Shown in pieces: positions 31,600-41,099 of a stretch of 64,000 bases of DNA. Position numbers and translations under genes: made by a program. The DNA lies in contig OZ241889.1 in assembly GCA_965203355.1 (NCBI GenBank), positions 576,001 through 640,000 of the forward strand, given 5' to 3'. The notes under the pieces were generated by a model, which saw nothing but the letters and a program-made list of their open reading frames with translations, did not search any database and was not told the DNA's origin. Every line of letters starts with the position of its first letter. Within the stretch, counting starts at the first letter, position 1. This DNA is from Candidatus Latescibacterota bacterium (GTDB lineage: Bacteria > Latescibacterota > UBA2968 > UBA8231).

Positions 31600-32058
31600 C
31601 TACCTCGTAAACGTCAGCCCGACTGTTTCGATCTCTTTGAAGGGGGCGAAGTCTGCCTCGTTTTCGGTGATCAGACGATCAATCCCTTCCGCGAGCATGG
31701 TCGCCACGATGTTGCCGTCGTGGATGCGCTTGCCCGTCAGACGATGGGTCTTCACGAGATCCCGAAGACGGCGGGCCACCCGCTCTGACTCCTCGCAGAA
31801 CAGGAAAGGCGGACGGGTAAAAAAATCGACGTTCTTCAATGCGTCTTCCACGGCCAAACCAAGGCCGTTGACTTCGACAGGACGTGTGGCGACCACGAGG
31901 TATTCGCGGGTTATATGACCACTGACGGCCAAAATCGATCGGCCTACTCCTGCCGCTTGCAATAGTTCCCGAGCCTGGGCGTGGTGCTCGCGCGAACGAT
32001 CTGTGGCCGACAGAAACACGTTGGTGTCGGCGAATAGGATCTCACCGGCCGTCGTCAT
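31600..32058 (-). CDS. VapC-like PIN toxin
   Basis: FADTNVF, E, IHDGNIVATM and TEN..DF motifs. Confidence 0.88.
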   Translation of the reverse strand: MTTAGEILFADTNVFLSATDRSREHHAQARELLQAAGVGRSILAVSGHITREYLVVATRPVEVNGLGLAVEDALKNVDFFTRPPFLFCEESERVARRLRDLVKTHRLTGKRIHDGNIVATMLAEGIDRLITENEADFAPFKEIETVGLTFTR

Positions 32059-32272
32059 CGTATATCTCGCTTCGAGACCATGTCGATGTAGCCCGGCCGG
32101 TCTCTACCGTTACCCAAGACATCGCCGCTGGCTGCTCGGGCGGGGCAGTGCGAGCGGCCCGCTCTAGTATTGTATGCAGTTCTCCCTGGAGCGAGCGACG
32201 GTGGCTCTTAGCCAGCCGTTTCAGGGCCGCCAGTGTGTTGGGATCCACGTCTCTGATATGTAGTGATTTCAC
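32042..32272 (-). CDS. FitA/Arc-like ribbon-helix-helix antitoxin
   Basis: LHIRDVD...LKRLAKSHRRSLQGEL. Lies upstream of and overlaps the PIN gene. Confidence 0.85.
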   Translation of the reverse strand: MKSLHIRDVDPNTLAALKRLAKSHRRSLQGELHTILERAARTAPPEQPAAMSWVTVETGRATSTWSRSEIYDDDGR

Positions 32273-32277
32273 ACTGT

Positions 32278-32307
32278 TATCAAATTGATACCTTCACGCT
32301 CTGTCAA
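32278..32307 (-). promoter_or_regulatory. TA promoter -35 box and palindromic operator
   Basis: TTGACA on the minus strand (32302-32307) and palindrome TATCAA-A-TTGATA (32278-32290) just before the antitoxin start. Confidence 0.55.
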
Positions 32308-32468
32308 GGGCCGCACATGTTGCGAGTTTGAACGTCAAAATCCCGATTCCTTAGCACTTCTGTTCGCGTCTGAGAACGAGGCCGCCAGAAAAATACTGCT
32401 TCGGGACGCCATTGACTAGCGCGGCCAGAGGGAATACCCTTTGACGACCCTTTCACCCGGAGCATGTC

Positions 32469-33470
32469 ATGGGCCTAACCACTGCCGAATGCCAGCAGTT
32501 CCACGATCTTGGCTACGTAGTCAAAGAAGACATCTACTCCCAAGCCGACCTCCAACCCCTCAAAGACGGCCTCACCGCCGTCATTGACCAGACGTGTGCC
32601 ACACTGCAAAAAGAAAGGCTACTCGGTGCCGAGACTTTTGCCGCCGAACCCTTTGAAACTCGGCTCGGTGCCCTCTTCAAAGCCAATGTCGAAGTCGGCG
32701 AGCGCGTGACCCGAGCGATCATGGGGCACGGTGGGGGCGGCTTCAAAGAACAGGCCATCCTCGACTTTTTGCGCCATCCGCCGCTCGTCTCCTGCATTGA
32801 AAGTCTCGTCGGCCCAGACATCATCGGCTCGTCCGTGTACCGCATCCGTCCTAAGGCGCCCGGCTACTCGCGCGGGGCCGTGCCTTGGCACCAAGACTCG
32901 GGCTACTTCATGCCTCACTGCGACGGAAGCCTGATCGCAACCTGCTGGATTCCCCTCGTCGATGCCACCATTGAAAACGGCTGCCTGCACGTCATCCCCA
33001 AATCGCACCGCAGCGGCGTCTATCGCCACTACACCGGCGGACAAGGCGGGTATCTCGAAATCGCCGGCGAAGACCTGCCGGGAGCCGAACCTGTGGCCTG
33101 CCCAATGCGCGCTGGCTCGGTGCTCTTCATGACCAATCTCACCCCGCACGCCTCCTTTGATAATAACACCGACATCGTCCGCTGGAGCGTCGATCTCCGC
33201 TATCAAGACGCCAAGGTTCCGAACAACATTGACGAAGACCCCAAAGACTTCGATCCAGAGCGCGACCCGGTCACCATGGCCTGCTTGCCTACGGAAGGCG
33301 ACTTTGTCATCAAAGACGCGCAAGACCCCGCGCGCGAAGTCACCGACATCGCCGAATTCAAGAAAATCCGCACCCGCTACGAACAGACCCCCGTCCACAA
33401 GCCCGGCCGCGGCTGGACCCCTTTCGCCGAGCGCGAAACCACCACTTCGCAAAGGAGGACGATCTCGTGA
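32469..33470 (+). CDS. PhyH-family Fe(II)/2OG dioxygenase (canonical HxD)
   Basis: PWHQD, WIPLVDAT.ENGCL, PH and R motifs. Confidence 0.9.
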   Translation: MGLTTAECQQFHDLGYVVKEDIYSQADLQPLKDGLTAVIDQTCATLQKERLLGAETFAAEPFETRLGALFKANVEVGERVTRAIMGHGGGGFKEQAILDFLRHPPLVSCIESLVGPDIIGSSVYRIRPKAPGYSRGAVPWHQDSGYFMPHCDGSLIATCWIPLVDATIENGCLHVIPKSHRSGVYRHYTGGQGGYLEIAGEDLPGAEPVACPMRAGSVLFMTNLTPHASFDNNTDIVRWSVDLRYQDAKVPNNIDEDPKDFDPERDPVTMACLPTEGDFVIKDAQDPAREVTDIAEFKKIRTRYEQTPVHKPGRGWTPFAERETTTSQRRTIS

Positions 33471-33805
33471 GCAACAACTATTCGGAAAGCAGCTTTTGGG
33501 AGAAACTGCGCGATTGCGCGATTGTCGCTGGGCGCGAAGTGGTCGAGAAGGCCCTTCAGCTATACTACGCAGCGCAAGCACCAGAAACACCGATATGGGC
33601 CAAAAAGGTCATTTACGGTGCCCTCGCCTATTTTATTTTGCCCACTGATGCCATACCCGATTTCATCCCGGTCGCCGGATATGTCGACGATCTCGGTGCC
33701 CTCGCTGCGGCAATCGCGACGATCGTCGCGTACATTACCCCGGAAATCGAAGAGAAAGCTAAGCGGAAAGCGGCCGAGTGGTTCGGCAGCAAGGGCCGTG
33801 CTTAA
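33467..33805 (+). CDS. YkvA/DUF1232 membrane protein
   Basis: ALAYFILPTDAIPDFIPVAGYVDD motif. Confidence 0.9.
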   Translation: MSNNYSESSFWEKLRDCAIVAGREVVEKALQLYYAAQAPETPIWAKKVIYGALAYFILPTDAIPDFIPVAGYVDDLGALAAAIATIVAYITPEIEEKAKRKAAEWFGSKGRA

Positions 33806-33809
33806 TGGT

Positions 33810-34397
33810 ATGCACTTTACCCACTGGATTTTCGATCTCGACAACACCTTGGCTGACAGCACCATTGATTTCAATGCTATGCGCCGAGCATTGGGGTTGC
33901 CTTTGGGGAAAGACATGCTCGAAGCGATTGACACTCGCCCGGCCGCCGAAGCGGCTGGGCTCAGACGCCGCCTTGCCGCGCTCGAACGCGAATACGCGCT
34001 TCGCGCCCAGCCCTTACCCGGCGTCCACGCGCTGCTGGCCTCACTGGTCGAACGCGGTTTCCGGCTCGGCATCCTCACCCGCAATAACCACGCCAATGCG
34101 TTGCAGACGCTCGCTGTTTGCAACCTCGCCGCATTCTTCGCTCCCGCCGACATCTTAGGCCGCGACGAAGCCGCCCCCAAGCCCGACCCCGATGGCATTC
34201 GCAAGCTGCTAGCCGCTTGGGGTGCCGCGCCCGAAACCGCCGTGATGGTAGGCGACTTCCGCTACGACATCGAAGCCGGTCGCCGCGCCGAGGTCAGCAC
34301 CATCTACTACGACGCGGCCGGGCAGGACCTCTGGACGACTGAAGCCGACTTCCGCGTCCAAAGCCACGCCGAGTTGCTCGCACTGTTGTCCGAGTAA
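33810..34397 (+). CDS. HAD-superfamily hydrolase
   Basis: FDLDNTL, LTRN, KPDPDG and MVGD..YD motifs. Confidence 0.9.
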   Translation: MHFTHWIFDLDNTLADSTIDFNAMRRALGLPLGKDMLEAIDTRPAAEAAGLRRRLAALEREYALRAQPLPGVHALLASLVERGFRLGILTRNNHANALQTLAVCNLAAFFAPADILGRDEAAPKPDPDGIRKLLAAWGAAPETAVMVGDFRYDIEAGRRAEVSTIYYDAAGQDLWTTEADFRVQSHAELLALLSE

Positions 34398-34402
34398 TTG
34401 CG

Positions 34403-34771
34403 CTAGGAACCCCGCCTTCCACTCCGCCGCATATTGCCCGCTCCGCGCTGATCGCCGCGGGACGAGAAAAAACTACTGCGCTGCTGGTCAAAGCGGTCGC
34501 CGCCCCTGCCCGACCCACGCCCGGCTTGGTCCTTGCGATCGTGTGCCTCGCTCAGATGCAGCTTCTGCCCCTCAAGTTCCTTGTCGTTGAGATGGGCAAT
34601 GGCCTCTTCGCCCTCGTGCCGGGTAGCCATCTCCACGTAGCCAAAGCCACGCGATTCGCCGCTCTTTTTTCGGGCAACGGTCGCGGCCACAACCTTTCCG
34701 TATGGTTGGAAGAGCTGGACCAGTGCCTCCTTTTTGGTTGTCTTTGCCAAATTGCCCACGTGTATGTTCAC
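34403..34771 (-). CDS. RRM RNA-binding protein with Gly/Arg-rich tail
   Basis: RNP2 IHVGNL and RNP1 RGFGYVEM. AAGGAG RBS before GTG. Confidence 0.88.
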   Translation of the reverse strand: MNIHVGNLAKTTKKEALVQLFQPYGKVVAATVARKKSGESRGFGYVEMATRHEGEEAIAHLNDKELEGQKLHLSEAHDRKDQAGRGSGRGGDRFDQQRSSFFSSRGDQRGAGNMRRSGRRGS

Positions 34772-34890
34772 AGTGTACTCCTTTCGCTGGCGCGGATTGT
34801 AGTTCACAAATGAAAAATCGTCGTACTTATCGAAGGATTCAGCGATATATTCGATGTTTTGGTGAAACAAGAGTTCCAATGCAGCATTGC

Positions 34891-35157
34891 CTAATCGGCG
34901 TCTATCTTCTCGGCCAGCCAGACCTTGATAAGCGATTGATAGGGAACATCTCGCTTGTTGGCTGCGATCTTGATCCGCTCTAGTAAATCAACCGGCAATC
35001 TCAGGGAAATCGCCTTGGTCGGAGGTTTGAGATTGGGGAAGCGGACGCGCTTGGCTTCGCTCCATTCAACATAGTCGGTCGAATCGTGGCTTTCCCAAAA
35101 AGCCCGCTCCTCGGCCTCGCTCTTAAAGACGGGAATGGGGTTTCGTTTCTTGCTCAT
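34891..35157 (-). CDS. BrnA/CopG-family antitoxin
   Basis: IPVFKSEAEERAFWESHD...ISLRL...PYQSLIK. Confidence 0.88.
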   Translation of the reverse strand: MSKKRNPIPVFKSEAEERAFWESHDSTDYVEWSEAKRVRFPNLKPPTKAISLRLPVDLLERIKIAANKRDVPYQSLIKVWLAEKIDAD

Positions 35158-35443
35158 AACGAGTTCGCTCCTTGCGGCTCATAGCCCGGGCAGAAATGAC
35201 GCGAAGCATGGTGTTCGCCTCGCGAAGCGTGAATGTTACGTGAAGCCGACGTCCAACCTGAGTTGTGCCCAAGGCGTGAAACCGCGGTTCCAATTGACTA
35301 TGGGCGACATCCTCAACCAGTAGGAGCGGCTCATTGGCAAACACCTGCTCTGCTTCGGCCTGACTAACCCCGTGTTTGTCAGTATTCTTGCGGAAGTTAC
35401 CTAGATCCCATTGAAAACCGACGACTTGATCGAGGTCAATCAT
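35123..35443 (-). CDS. BrnT-family ribonuclease toxin
   Basis: FQWD..N..KHGVS..EAE..F and RVISAR.M...ER motifs. Confidence 0.9.
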   Translation of the reverse strand: MIDLDQVVGFQWDLGNFRKNTDKHGVSQAEAEQVFANEPLLLVEDVAHSQLEPRFHALGTTQVGRRLHVTFTLREANTMLRVISARAMSRKERTRYEQETKPHSRL

Positions 35444-35584
35444 CTTGCAAGTCGTATATATTCATAACATACGTGCCCGTCCAAGTAAATCCACAACGCG
35501 CCAAATGCTTCCTCACCGCGCCCCGCAGGCGTACAATCATCGGGATCCGCTTCTAAATGATACAACTCTCCACGCCTCGGCGCG

Positions 35585-36430
35585 TTATTCTCTGTGTTCG
35601 CGCTTCGCAACGGCCTTTTCCAGTTCGGGCAGCAGCACATTTTTGACCCAGCTAAAATCTGGATTGATTGCGAGTGCCTTTGCAAAAGCGGCGCGCGCCA
35701 GCGCTAGCTCGCCTCGGCCTTGGTGCGCGAAGCCGAGCCAAGCATAGGTGCGGCTGTGTCCCCATGCGGGGTGGATGGGATCGGCCGGCTCTTCTTGGGC
35801 GAACAGTTCGGCGGCGCGCTGGAATCCTTGCAGGCCCTTTTCCTTGCTGCCACCCAACAGGCGAGGGGTGTTAAAATCGCGGATGGCCGTGTACAGCGCG
35901 ACGCGCGGATTATCGGGTGCAAGCTGCGACGCTTTTTTTAGGGCCTGCTCTGCTCTGCGCCCCAGGACCATGCCTTTGATCGGGTTGAGGCCGATCTGGC
36001 GTCCGTACGCGCTCGCTAGCAGAGCGTAGGCTTCGGCCGCTTGCGGGTCAATCTCAGTAGCCTTTTGCAAGTGCTCGACCGCGGCTTTGAGGTGCTCCCA
36101 AGCCGCGCCTTTGTTTTCGTCGCCTGTGGCCAACAGGTGGTCGGCGATGCGATAGTCGGCCAATGCGATATAGTAGTGGCCCCACGCGGCCAAGCCGGTG
36201 TCGGCCAAAGTGCGCTCAAACGCGGCTTTAGCCGCATATAGCGCGTCGGGAGCATCGGCTCGCAGCATCTGTTTGCCGCTGACGAGCAGGCTGTCGGCGG
36301 AGCTTCCCATCGCCAGCGTTGGCGACGCTTGTGCGCGGGCAAGATCGGCGAGCCACAAGGCCAAAGCGAGCGCGAGCCACAGCCTACGGGTCGGCTGGTC
36401 ACCCTTACGGGTCGGCCATTTCAAACCCAT
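35585..36430 (-). CDS. Secreted TPR-repeat protein
   Basis: Hydrophobic signal, then helical repeats ending in IDP/LAPDN/INPDF. The start is uncertain. Confidence 0.7.
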   Translation of the reverse strand: MGLKWPTRKGDQPTRRLWLALALALWLADLARAQASPTLAMGSSADSLLVSGKQMLRADAPDALYAAKAAFERTLADTGLAAWGHYYIALADYRIADHLLATGDENKGAAWEHLKAAVEHLQKATEIDPQAAEAYALLASAYGRQIGLNPIKGMVLGRRAEQALKKASQLAPDNPRVALYTAIRDFNTPRLLGGSKEKGLQGFQRAAELFAQEEPADPIHPAWGHSRTYAWLGFAHQGRGELALARAAFAKALAINPDFSWVKNVLLPELEKAVAKREHRE

Positions 36431-36547
36431 TGCTCGCCGCCCGCCGGGCATGGAAAATTTTCTGCCCAACTCCTGTCAACGCGATGCCGCGCCGCAACTA
36501 CAGGCCCCATCGGGTTGGCAAAACGCATCGTCCGGTGCTCGTCCGAA

Positions 36548-36862
36548 TCAGCAAGGGTCGATCGCCCCACAGCTCCAACAGGCCGTAAACGCCCCCGGGC
36601 ACTCCTCGCCGCACACAGCGCAGGTCCACGGCTCTCGGTCTTGGGCAGCCGTTGCAAACAAGGTGTCAAGGTGCGACTTCGCGGCCGCGACTTGCCTGTC
36701 GTCCAAGACCCACAACTCCGGCCAGCACTCAATCGGCGGCAATTCGCCCACGCCGCCGAGCAGATGCTGCCCGCGCAAAACGCACTCAATGCCCTGCGCT
36801 TCCAAGGCGTTCTTGAGATGCGTGAGCATGGCCAAGTCTTGCGTGGTATAAACTCGCTCCAT
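36548..36862 (-). CDS. DUF2007 protein with C-terminal zinc ribbon
   Basis: LKNALEAQGIEC, GELP and WTCAVCGE...F..CWSCG motifs. Confidence 0.82.
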   Translation of the reverse strand: MERVYTTQDLAMLTHLKNALEAQGIECVLRGQHLLGGVGELPPIECWPELWVLDDRQVAAAKSHLDTLFATAAQDREPWTCAVCGEECPGAFTACWSCGAIDPC

Positions 36863-36932
36863 TAGCACCTGCTTTTCTTTTTGCAACGGTCGTCGCGGCT
36901 TGTTACTGCGCCATCAGTGGAATCGACAATGT

Positions 36933-39038
36933 TCAAAAATTAAACCGATAGCTCAATTTCGTCAGCAGTATCCGCTCTGTTGTATCGGCCCGATGCTCGT
37001 TATAGGCGATGTAGAACCGGCTGTTATTCGGGCCGAAGGTGTAGCTAAAAAGCAGGTTGAGATCAACGGTGTCCCGGTGGAAGCTGCGCTGGAAAAAGCT
37101 GCGGATGAACAGGTCCCGATGCAGAAAATACGTCGTCCTCACCAGCAGGACGCGCTTTACTTCGTCCAGTGCGCCGGAGGGGAAATATTCCCAGACCGAT
37201 TCCGTACTGGAGTCCAAAAAGAACCCCTCCCACAGGTCGAACCGCAGCGATCCAGATACGCGGCGGATGTCGCCGAGGTATTCGTCGGCAAAGTCGTACT
37301 GGTCTCGCAGTTGACCGGTGAGGCGGAGCCGGTACTTGCGCCCGTTGCCGGTGTCAAAAGCAGCCATGAACGAGTCGCCGTTGTACTTTTTTTGCTGCCA
37401 CCGCAGTTGCCAATTTTCGTGGCTGAACCACACCCGCGAGTCATCGCGCCGCCGTACGTACACATCGACATTGCTCCATTGCCATTCCCACCCCTTTTCG
37501 TTGGTCCGCCGCTCGGCAACGAGGTCTTGGCCTAAAAAGACTTTTTCAATGCCGAGGAAATCGGGACGCCAGCCATAGCTTCCATAGAAGCCGAATTCTC
37601 GCACGCCCACGTCGGCATCGTGCGGGATGAAGCCGATTTGATCCACATTGAACCCCGGATCGATCCAAGAGCCCCAAACCTCAAAGGGGAAGCGATCCGA
37701 GTCGTACGTAAAGCGACCGCTGTGCATTTTGTTGCGATCGTCCGTGTCTACGCCAAAACTCATCGCCGAATGGAGGAAGAGCTTGGCGTTGTCGTCCACG
37801 TTTAAGACGAGATCGCTGCCCACGGCCTGTTGCCCTAGCGGACCGTCTTTTCCGACCGCCAAGGCACCAATAGAAGAATTGACGCCTAAGTCGCGCTTGA
37901 GGCGCAAGACGCCGAAATGCGGCGGATCGCCTTCTTTGGGGCGGTTCCGCGCGGCGATCAGGCCGACGCTGTTTTTGCCGATCTTACCCGTTACTTTCGC
38001 GCCAGCATCGGGATCGCTAATGCGACGGCTGTAGAAGAGATCCATCGCCGTAAAGAGCTTTTGACCTTCGAGGAAGAACGGGCGTTTCTCCGCTAGGAGG
38101 AGTTCAAACCGAGTCAGGTTTATCTGATTTTCGTCGGCTTCTATATGAGCGAAATCCGGGTTGAAGGTGGCGTCTAAGGTGAGGTTGGAGGCAATGCTGT
38201 ATTTCAGGTCGAGCCCGAAATCACTGGACCAGCCTTCTGCGGACCGACTCCCCACATGGCCGTAGCCTCCGGTTGTATAAGGCAGTACCTCTAGGTGAAG
38301 TCCCGGTTTTATGTCTTCAAGTCCATGGAGGTGGCCGGCCTTAGACACTTTCAGGAGATATCGGTCGTCTCTCGATATAAATGCCCAGTTGCTGTTCTCC
38401 GTATAGGTCCGCTCAATGCGCTGGACGTTTATGCCCCACGTATGCTGGGCCAATTCGGGAAACCGCAGCGTCTTGAATGGGATGGCGATCTCGGCACTCC
38501 AGCCTTGTTCGTGGACCTCGGTTTCGGCCTGCCAAATGCCGTCCCAGCTCTGATCGATTCCACCCCAGCCACCGGACCCGTCGTTTTCAACGCGAAAATC
38601 ATTCTGGACGCCGTAGGCATTTATGTAGAATCCGTAGGCATTTTGGTGGTCGTGATAGGTGTCTAAGACGAGACCAACAAGATCCAACGGAGCGAATCGG
38701 CCATCCCGCTGCATGACGCGACCCTTTATATTGCCGGGCGCTGCATCCATCATATTGAGGCCGATGTACAGATAATCGGCGTCGTAGAGGACGTGGATAA
38801 AGGTTTGGTTGGTCGCGGCGACGCCTTCTTCGGGTTCGATCAAGATGAATCCCGTCGCCGGTGTCGTCCGCTGCCAGCCTTCATCGTCTAGGACGCCGTC
38901 TATGGTGGGCCGAAGGTGCGTCCTGAAGGCCCACACTTCCTTTTCGCTGGGCTTTTCGTGGGCTGAGGCAGACAGCGCAACAAAGAGTGCAGCCCCTACC
39001 ATCCAGAGTAGCTTTATGTGCATGCGAATGCTGGTCAT
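36933..39038 (-). CDS. CBM9-like plus DUF5916 outer-membrane protein
   Basis: Signal peptide, PTIDGVLDD..W, LDTYHD, EIAIPFKTLRF, NPDF..IEAD and EKRPFFLEG motifs. C-terminal Phe. Confidence 0.85.
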   Translation of the reverse strand: MTSIRMHIKLLWMVGAALFVALSASAHEKPSEKEVWAFRTHLRPTIDGVLDDEGWQRTTPATGFILIEPEEGVAATNQTFIHVLYDADYLYIGLNMMDAAPGNIKGRVMQRDGRFAPLDLVGLVLDTYHDHQNAYGFYINAYGVQNDFRVENDGSGGWGGIDQSWDGIWQAETEVHEQGWSAEIAIPFKTLRFPELAQHTWGINVQRIERTYTENSNWAFISRDDRYLLKVSKAGHLHGLEDIKPGLHLEVLPYTTGGYGHVGSRSAEGWSSDFGLDLKYSIASNLTLDATFNPDFAHIEADENQINLTRFELLLAEKRPFFLEGQKLFTAMDLFYSRRISDPDAGAKVTGKIGKNSVGLIAARNRPKEGDPPHFGVLRLKRDLGVNSSIGALAVGKDGPLGQQAVGSDLVLNVDDNAKLFLHSAMSFGVDTDDRNKMHSGRFTYDSDRFPFEVWGSWIDPGFNVDQIGFIPHDADVGVREFGFYGSYGWRPDFLGIEKVFLGQDLVAERRTNEKGWEWQWSNVDVYVRRRDDSRVWFSHENWQLRWQQKKYNGDSFMAAFDTGNGRKYRLRLTGQLRDQYDFADEYLGDIRRVSGSLRFDLWEGFFLDSSTESVWEYFPSGALDEVKRVLLVRTTYFLHRDLFIRSFFQRSFHRDTVDLNLLFSYTFGPNNSRFYIAYNEHRADTTERILLTKLSYRFNF

Positions 39039-39246
39039 GTATCACCTCTCCATTGGGCAAGGTCCGTTCCTCGCAGCAAACGGCAAGAATCCATCTGCCG
39101 CAGACTTACAACGCGGCATTTAACAATGGCAACTGTTTCCTTGGGCGATCCGACTCGCGGCTGGCGATCGTCCTTTAGTTGCTTTTAGGCGACAGAGGTA
39201 GCCGAATTTTTCGCCATCGCCGCGCGCTTCCGACGCCAAAAATGGC

Positions 39247-40059
39247 TCAGGAACCTGTGCTCTCGTAGGCACTCTGCCCCCAGCGGAACAGACCGAAGGC
39301 CAACAACAGACTCACCACGCCCACCAGGGGCGGTCCCAATATCCATCCGGCAGCCATACCATCCTTAGCCAGCATCGCCGCCGCTGGATAATAGGAGCAA
39401 AAGGCCAACGGCACTAGCGACGACAGCAAGATGCGGATGACCACCCCGTAGATCGTCAGCGGATACAGACAGTAGTGGCGCAGCGCGATGATCAATTCGT
39501 GTAGCACTGTAAACCGCACCAACCAAAAGCAAGTGGCCGCTTGGGCCATCATCACCGCGGTCATAATTGCGTTGCCCGCCACGATGACTAAGAGAAGCTG
39601 GAAGATGCGCCCAAGCGTCCAAGTGTAATCCAGTTCAGCGGCGGCAAACAGAACGAAAGCCAAGCCCATGAGCAGGTCCCCGAACCCGTTGACATTCGCC
39701 CGCCTACAGCTCAGGAGCAGCAGGACGCTGCGCGGCTTCGTCAACATTTGATCAAACGAGCCATCCAAGATCATCATGCTGGTATCGCGGACGCCTTGGA
39801 ATCCCAGTCTGTAAAGTGCCATCGACAAGAGCAGCAATCCGTAGAGAAATGCAACCTCGGCCAACGTCCAGCCGCCGACCGCGTGTATCTTGGTGAAAAC
39901 CACCCACAGAAAGGCTAAACCCGCCCCTTGCGCGAGGGCGAAAAGCACCATCTCCATCCACGTGTCCACTGCATAAGCCGCCCGCGATTTCACATTCATG
40001 GTTTGCAACCGGACGAAGCAGCGCATTCCAGCAGCAAGGCCGGCCCAAGTAGCCATCAT
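39247..40059 (-). CDS. ABC-2 family (DUF990-type) permease
   Basis: GGWT, GSFDQMLTKP, YPLTIY, YYPA and YESTGS motifs. Confidence 0.85.
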   Translation of the reverse strand: MMATWAGLAAGMRCFVRLQTMNVKSRAAYAVDTWMEMVLFALAQGAGLAFLWVVFTKIHAVGGWTLAEVAFLYGLLLLSMALYRLGFQGVRDTSMMILDGSFDQMLTKPRSVLLLLSCRRANVNGFGDLLMGLAFVLFAAAELDYTWTLGRIFQLLLVIVAGNAIMTAVMMAQAATCFWLVRFTVLHELIIALRHYCLYPLTIYGVVIRILLSSLVPLAFCSYYPAAAMLAKDGMAAGWILGPPLVGVVSLLLAFGLFRWGQSAYESTGS

Positions 40060-40514
40060 TAGCCTCCCTGCACCACGAGCCGTTGAGAAGAGAAGTGCCA
40101 AACTCCCACGGCGACCGGCACCAAAAGGACAATCCAGATCGTCTGGCAGAGCAGGGCTGCCCATAGAGCCGGCAATCCAGCGGCCATCAGCATTTCTGTT
40201 ATGGGGCCGACTTCGAGAGTCCCGCCCAAGAAGATATTGATTGGGGTGTAGAACATGGATTGGAAAGGCAATGCAAACAAAACCGCTCTCAAGGTGTCTG
40301 GAAAGAAGGGCAGTGGAATCAGGGAGCCGGTGGCGAAGGAAATGATCAGGCCCCACAATTGAGCGGCCGCACTATGGGTCTCGGTGAACAGAGTTAGCTG
40401 CGCGAGGGTGAATTCTAGCAGGAAATAGACGACGAGAGCTTGGATCAATGAGACGAGAAAAGCGACCGCCGCCGCTGGGGCGGGCCACTGGATCGCCAGC
40501 ACAACGGCTCCCAA
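40059..40514 (-). pseudogene. 5'-truncated ABC-2 family permease
   Basis: Only the C-terminal half is present (GSLIPLPFFP, LPFQ..YTP, VQGG end). It is fused directly to IS-derived DNA. Confidence 0.75.
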
Positions 40515-40520
40515 TCCGCT

Positions 40521-41099
40521 TCACTGCGCTCTTAAAGTCTTTGATTCTGTTGTTTTTTGCTCATGGTTCATCCCTCTGTGTTTGGCGATTCGATCTAACA
40601 AGTGGTCTGTGGATTCGCTGCGTTCCTGCATCATTGCAGCCCACGCCCTTCCAGGGTGTATAGTGTCCCATTGCGACCGTTGCTGGTCGCGCCGTGCCTT
40701 CCCTTGGTGGTGATTGCCGAAACCCTTGACGACCCGGTTCCAGATCGGGTCGTATCGGTCGATCAGAATTTGCTCGGTAAGCCCGATCCAGACTTGTTCC
40801 AACACAAGCCACCTGCACCCGAAGTCTCCGCATGACAGATTGGTCGCTGCATCTATTGATGCCGCGTGTTCTGACAGTCTGGTGTGTAACCCTCTGTCCG
40901 CCTTGCCAACGTAAATAGGCGAATCCAGATCGACGTATGCAGGAAATGACCCAGAGTAATGGATCGTGTAGACACCAGCACCTGAAAACTGAGGTTGTGG
41001 CGGCAGCTCGGCTATATCGTAGTCCATCAATGCTCGGGCAGCGTTTCGACCCAGTTCATCCACACTCAGTGGGTTATAGGCCCTCATCGGACGGCTCAC
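40521..41099 (-). CDS. Eco29kI-family GIY-YIG restriction endonuclease
   Basis: GVY...YVGKA, R..EH, E..LI, PIWN, GFGNH and WDTIHPGRAWA motifs. Confidence 0.9.
   Translation of the reverse strand: MSRPMRAYNPLSVDELGRNAARALMDYDIAELPPQPQFSGAGVYTIHYSGSFPAYVDLDSPIYVGKADRGLHTRLSEHAASIDAATNLSCGDFGCRWLVLEQVWIGLTEQILIDRYDPIWNRVVKGFGNHHQGKARRDQQRSQWDTIHPGRAWAAMMQERSESTDHLLDRIAKHRGMNHEQKTTESKTLRAQ

Noticed and set aside
33522-33809. N-terminal extension of the HAD ORF
   Set aside because: It overlaps the DUF1232 gene. HAD motif I starts just after ATG 33810.
40060-40356. N-terminal extension of the 369-aa permease ORF
   Set aside because: It overlaps the truncated upstream permease in another frame. 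The real start is near 40059.
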